Of a DNA stretch of 64,000 bases, positions 61,566 to 64,000 are shown piece after piece (position 1 is the first letter of the stretch; each line of letters begins with the position of its first letter). The notes beneath the pieces are model-generated. The model did not search any database and had not been told where the DNA came from. It saw only the letters and a list, made by a program, of their open reading frames with translations. The translations under genes were made by a program, and so were the position numbers. This stretch comes from Candidatus Melainabacteria bacterium 17Bon1m (GTDB lineage Bacteria > Cyanobacteriota > Vampirovibrionia > Obscuribacterales > Obscuribacteraceae): contig JAVLKG010000002.1 of the NCBI GenBank assembly GCA_032128875.1, positions 640,001 to 704,000 on the forward strand. The letters are read 5' to 3'.

Positions 61566-61620
61566 TTGACGCTCCTCTCGATTTGAGGTATCTTGAAATC
61601 AAGATACTTGAAATCAAGGA
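61566..61620 (+). promoter_or_regulatory. Sigma70 promoter overlapped by tandem palindromic MarR operators
   Basis: TTGACG-17 nt-TATCTT; palindromes gtatcttga-aa-tcaagatac and cttga-aa-tcaag. Confidence 0.75.
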
Positions 61621-61633
61621 ATTTAGAATTGCC

Positions 61634-62107
61634 ATGTCCGAGTTTGAAACAGACGGAAAGGGCTCAGAGCCAGATGGAACCAAGGTTTGGATTTCTCTCT
61701 GGAAATCGGGGCGTTCTATCGAATCTTATGCTTTGGCAAGCATCGCCAGTCTGGGCATGAGTCTTACGGATTTTGCCGTACTGGAAGTGCTCCTTCATAA
61801 AGGTCCATTGCCGGTCAACACAATCGGAAAGAAGGTTCTGCTCACAAGCGGATCAATCACTACAGCCGTTGATCGCTTGGAAGAAAAGGGATTAGTCGAA
61901 AGGCTCGATTCACCGTCGGACAGACGGGTACGAATTGTCAGTCTTACAAAAGAAGGAACGCGGCAAATAAAGGTAGCTTTTGCAGAACATCAAAAGCACC
62001 TTGACCTGGCGGTGTCTCCGCTCACAAAAGACGAGCAGCGCCAGCTTGTAGAACTATTGAAAAAACTGGGACAGGGTGCCGATTCTTTGAATATTTCGAA
62101 AGTCTAA
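61634..62107 (+). CDS. MarR family regulator (MhqR-like)
   Basis: DFAVLEVLLHKGP, LLTSGSITTAVDRLE, DRR, LTKEG; start ATG 61634. Confidence 0.92.
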   Translation: MSEFETDGKGSEPDGTKVWISLWKSGRSIESYALASIASLGMSLTDFAVLEVLLHKGPLPVNTIGKKVLLTSGSITTAVDRLEEKGLVERLDSPSDRRVRIVSLTKEGTRQIKVAFAEHQKHLDLAVSPLTKDEQRQLVELLKKLGQGADSLNISKV

Positions 62108-62199
62108 AAATCAGCGAAGGATTTGAAGATGGGGCCATCAACGCCTCGAACAGCTTAGTAGCAGAGCACTTGTTTGCTACAAGAAACATAGGTGGAATC

Positions 62200-63111
62200 A
62201 TGAAAAGTACAAATAATGTCAAATTGGAAAAAGCACAATCTACTCAATCGCGATCGGTAAAAGGCATCATAACCTCGATTGCAACAAGGGAAGGAGCGGG
62301 CTTTGCCGTTCGAAGGCCTTTTCCCACTCAATCACTCAGCCTTGTTGATCCGTTCCTCCTGCTCGATCATATGGAGCCCGTTACGCTTGCTCCAGGTGCT
62401 GCAAAAGGAGCACCTGATCACCCTCACCGAGGGTTTGAAACGGTAACCTACATGCTTGAAGGTCACTTCGTGCATCGTGACTCAGCCGGTAATTCCGGCG
62501 TGATCGGACCAGGCGACGTCCAGTGGATGACCGCTGGACAGGGCGTCGTGCACTCAGAGATGCCTGACGATGAGTTAGTTGAAAATGGTGGCAGGCTGCA
62601 TGGTTTTCAAATCTGGGTCAACTTGCCTGCAAAGGAGAAGCTTCTTGCTCCTCGCTATCAGGACATTCCATCTGCGCGCATTCCGATTGCGGAAAGCGAA
62701 GACGGAAAGATCTGGGTGAAAGTAATTGCTGGTCAATCGATGGGAAAAGAAGCCGTTATTGACACGCGGACACCTATTACTTTCTTGCATGCAAAGCTGA
62801 AGCCTGGTGCAAAGTTGGTGCAGCCGATTTCGACTCAATACAACACCTTTGCTTATGTCATCGAAGGTAAGGGATTCTTTGGCAACGAACAACTTCCAGC
62901 AGAGGCAGATCAACTAGTATTATTCGCCAATGATGGTGAAACTGTTTCAATCGAAACTGGTGTGCATCAAGAATTGAGCGTTTTGATACTGGGCGGCTTA
63001 CCTTTGAATGAGCCTATCGCAAGATACGGACCGTTTGTGATGAACACTCAATCAGAGATTGTGCAAGCGCTGAAGGACTATCAAGCAGGACGCATGGGTG
63101 TGATCAACTAG
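62200..63111 (+). CDS. Pirin family protein
   Basis: DPFLLLDH, HPHRGFETVTY, QWMTAGQGVVHSE, FQIWVNLP, YGPFVMN. Confidence 0.96.
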   Translation: MKSTNNVKLEKAQSTQSRSVKGIITSIATREGAGFAVRRPFPTQSLSLVDPFLLLDHMEPVTLAPGAAKGAPDHPHRGFETVTYMLEGHFVHRDSAGNSGVIGPGDVQWMTAGQGVVHSEMPDDELVENGGRLHGFQIWVNLPAKEKLLAPRYQDIPSARIPIAESEDGKIWVKVIAGQSMGKEAVIDTRTPITFLHAKLKPGAKLVQPISTQYNTFAYVIEGKGFFGNEQLPAEADQLVLFANDGETVSIETGVHQELSVLILGGLPLNEPIARYGPFVMNTQSEIVQALKDYQAGRMGVIN

Positions 63112-63182
63112 GTAACGAGGAACTAGGAACTAGGAACTAGGAACCAGGTAACTAGTAACTATTAACAACTAGAGAACTAGAG
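63106..63182. repeat. Heptameric short tandem repeat (AACTAGG)n between convergent genes
   Basis: About 10 exact or degenerate copies: aactagg, aacgagg, aactagg x3, aaccagg, aactagt, aactatt, aactagag x2. Confidence 0.85.
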
Positions 63183-63190
63183 ATTCGAAT

Positions 63191-63874
63191 CTAGAAAAGC
63201 CCCGGTACCCAGCGCGATTTGACGCGCGCCATGTAGGCTTTATATCCGGGCAATCCATCAACAAGAATCTTTTCCTCAAGAAAAGATCGATAGGCAAAAT
63301 CGATCATCATCACAACAGTCGGAATAAATCCTAGCCATGATCCAAGCATCAAAGATTGCCCAATAAAGCCGAGGCTAGCGAACGAATATCCGGGGTGCCG
63401 GATCACACGATATGGCCCGGTCGTAATTACTTGTTGATTGCGATCGGGCTGTAATCGAATTGCCGACGAAAAGTAAACGTTGGTTTTCATCGTCCAAAAT
63501 ACACCGGCCCAACCAGCGGCGTTCATCAATGTTCCGACTATTTGAGCCACGAGTGGAACACTATTTGCGCAGTGCCACCGACCTACATCGAGCGCAGGAA
63601 GCACAAGTGAACAAACATAGAGCAGCGTAACGATTAGGCGGCCAAATCGATCTTCATCTTTCCCCTGTGGTTTCATACGTTCATTCAAAAGTGCAGGGTC
63701 CAACGCGTAAATGCTGAACACTGCCACAACAAATTGCGCAGCAAAGGCGATCCAATAAAAGGGAAGCGCGGCTGTTCCTGCAATGGCAAAGGTCCCGGCT
63801 GCCGTTAGCGCGACCATCAGTGCGGATAGTATGACCGCTTTGGGACGATTGAATTTCGAAGAATTGGCTTTCAA
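63191..63874 (-). CDS. Isoprenylcysteine carboxylmethyltransferase (PEMT/ICMT) family membrane protein
   Basis: Multi-TM; VITTGPYRVIRHPGY, EEKIL..LPGY..Y; start uncertain. Confidence 0.9.
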   Translation of the reverse strand: MKANSSKFNRPKAVILSALMVALTAAGTFAIAGTAALPFYWIAFAAQFVVAVFSIYALDPALLNERMKPQGKDEDRFGRLIVTLLYVCSLVLPALDVGRWHCANSVPLVAQIVGTLMNAAGWAGVFWTMKTNVYFSSAIRLQPDRNQQVITTGPYRVIRHPGYSFASLGFIGQSLMLGSWLGFIPTVVMMIDFAYRSFLEEKILVDGLPGYKAYMARVKSRWVPGLF

Positions 63875-64000
63875 TGTTTGTCGCTCTACGTGATTGTATG
63901 TAGTTCGACGGCTTGTGCCGCGAGGCGTTCCTGGTTTTGCGCCCTAGTAAATGTTTCTTAGTGTACGAAGTCCGTGCAGGCTTCACCGGCTAAACAAGGA

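Noticed and set aside
63106-63182. CRISPR array
   Set aside because: Units are 7-8 nt with no unique spacers; no repeat-spacer structure or cas genes seen in the window
1-64000. Numerous short antisense or overlapping ORFs in the six-frame track
   Set aside because: They shadow well-supported genes and show no recognisable motifs

Overview
A gene-dense bacterial chromosomal window with no rRNA, tRNA, CRISPR array or intact mobile element that I can see. The gene repertoire suggests a non-photosynthetic cyanobacterial relative (Melainabacteria/Obscuribacterales-like), but this is an impression, not a result. Recognisable content: a poly-HAMP hybrid kinase pair, a BaeSR-type two-component system, an acyl-CoA carboxyltransferase, argC-argJ-argB, folE, clpS-clpA, an MhqR-like MarR regulator with pirin, and many TPR/hypothetical proteins. 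Most interesting observations: (1) two separate unannotated arginine-codon leader-peptide attenuators, one before argC and one before argJ-argB, each with a candidate promoter, a CGA-CGC-CGC run and mutually exclusive 1:2/2:3/3:4 hairpins; (2) a tight PqqD/RRE - ATP-grasp - PLP decarboxylase - urea-transporter/M23 fusion - HK/RR operon of unknown chemistry; (3) clpA interrupted by a single in-frame TGA in the N-domain/AAA1 linker; (4) two signal-less large proteins with C-terminal papain-like protease domains, each followed by a small partner gene; (5) GCATG-centred REP-like palindromes and short tandem repeats at convergent gene junctions. All family calls come from motif recognition by eye, with no database searches.
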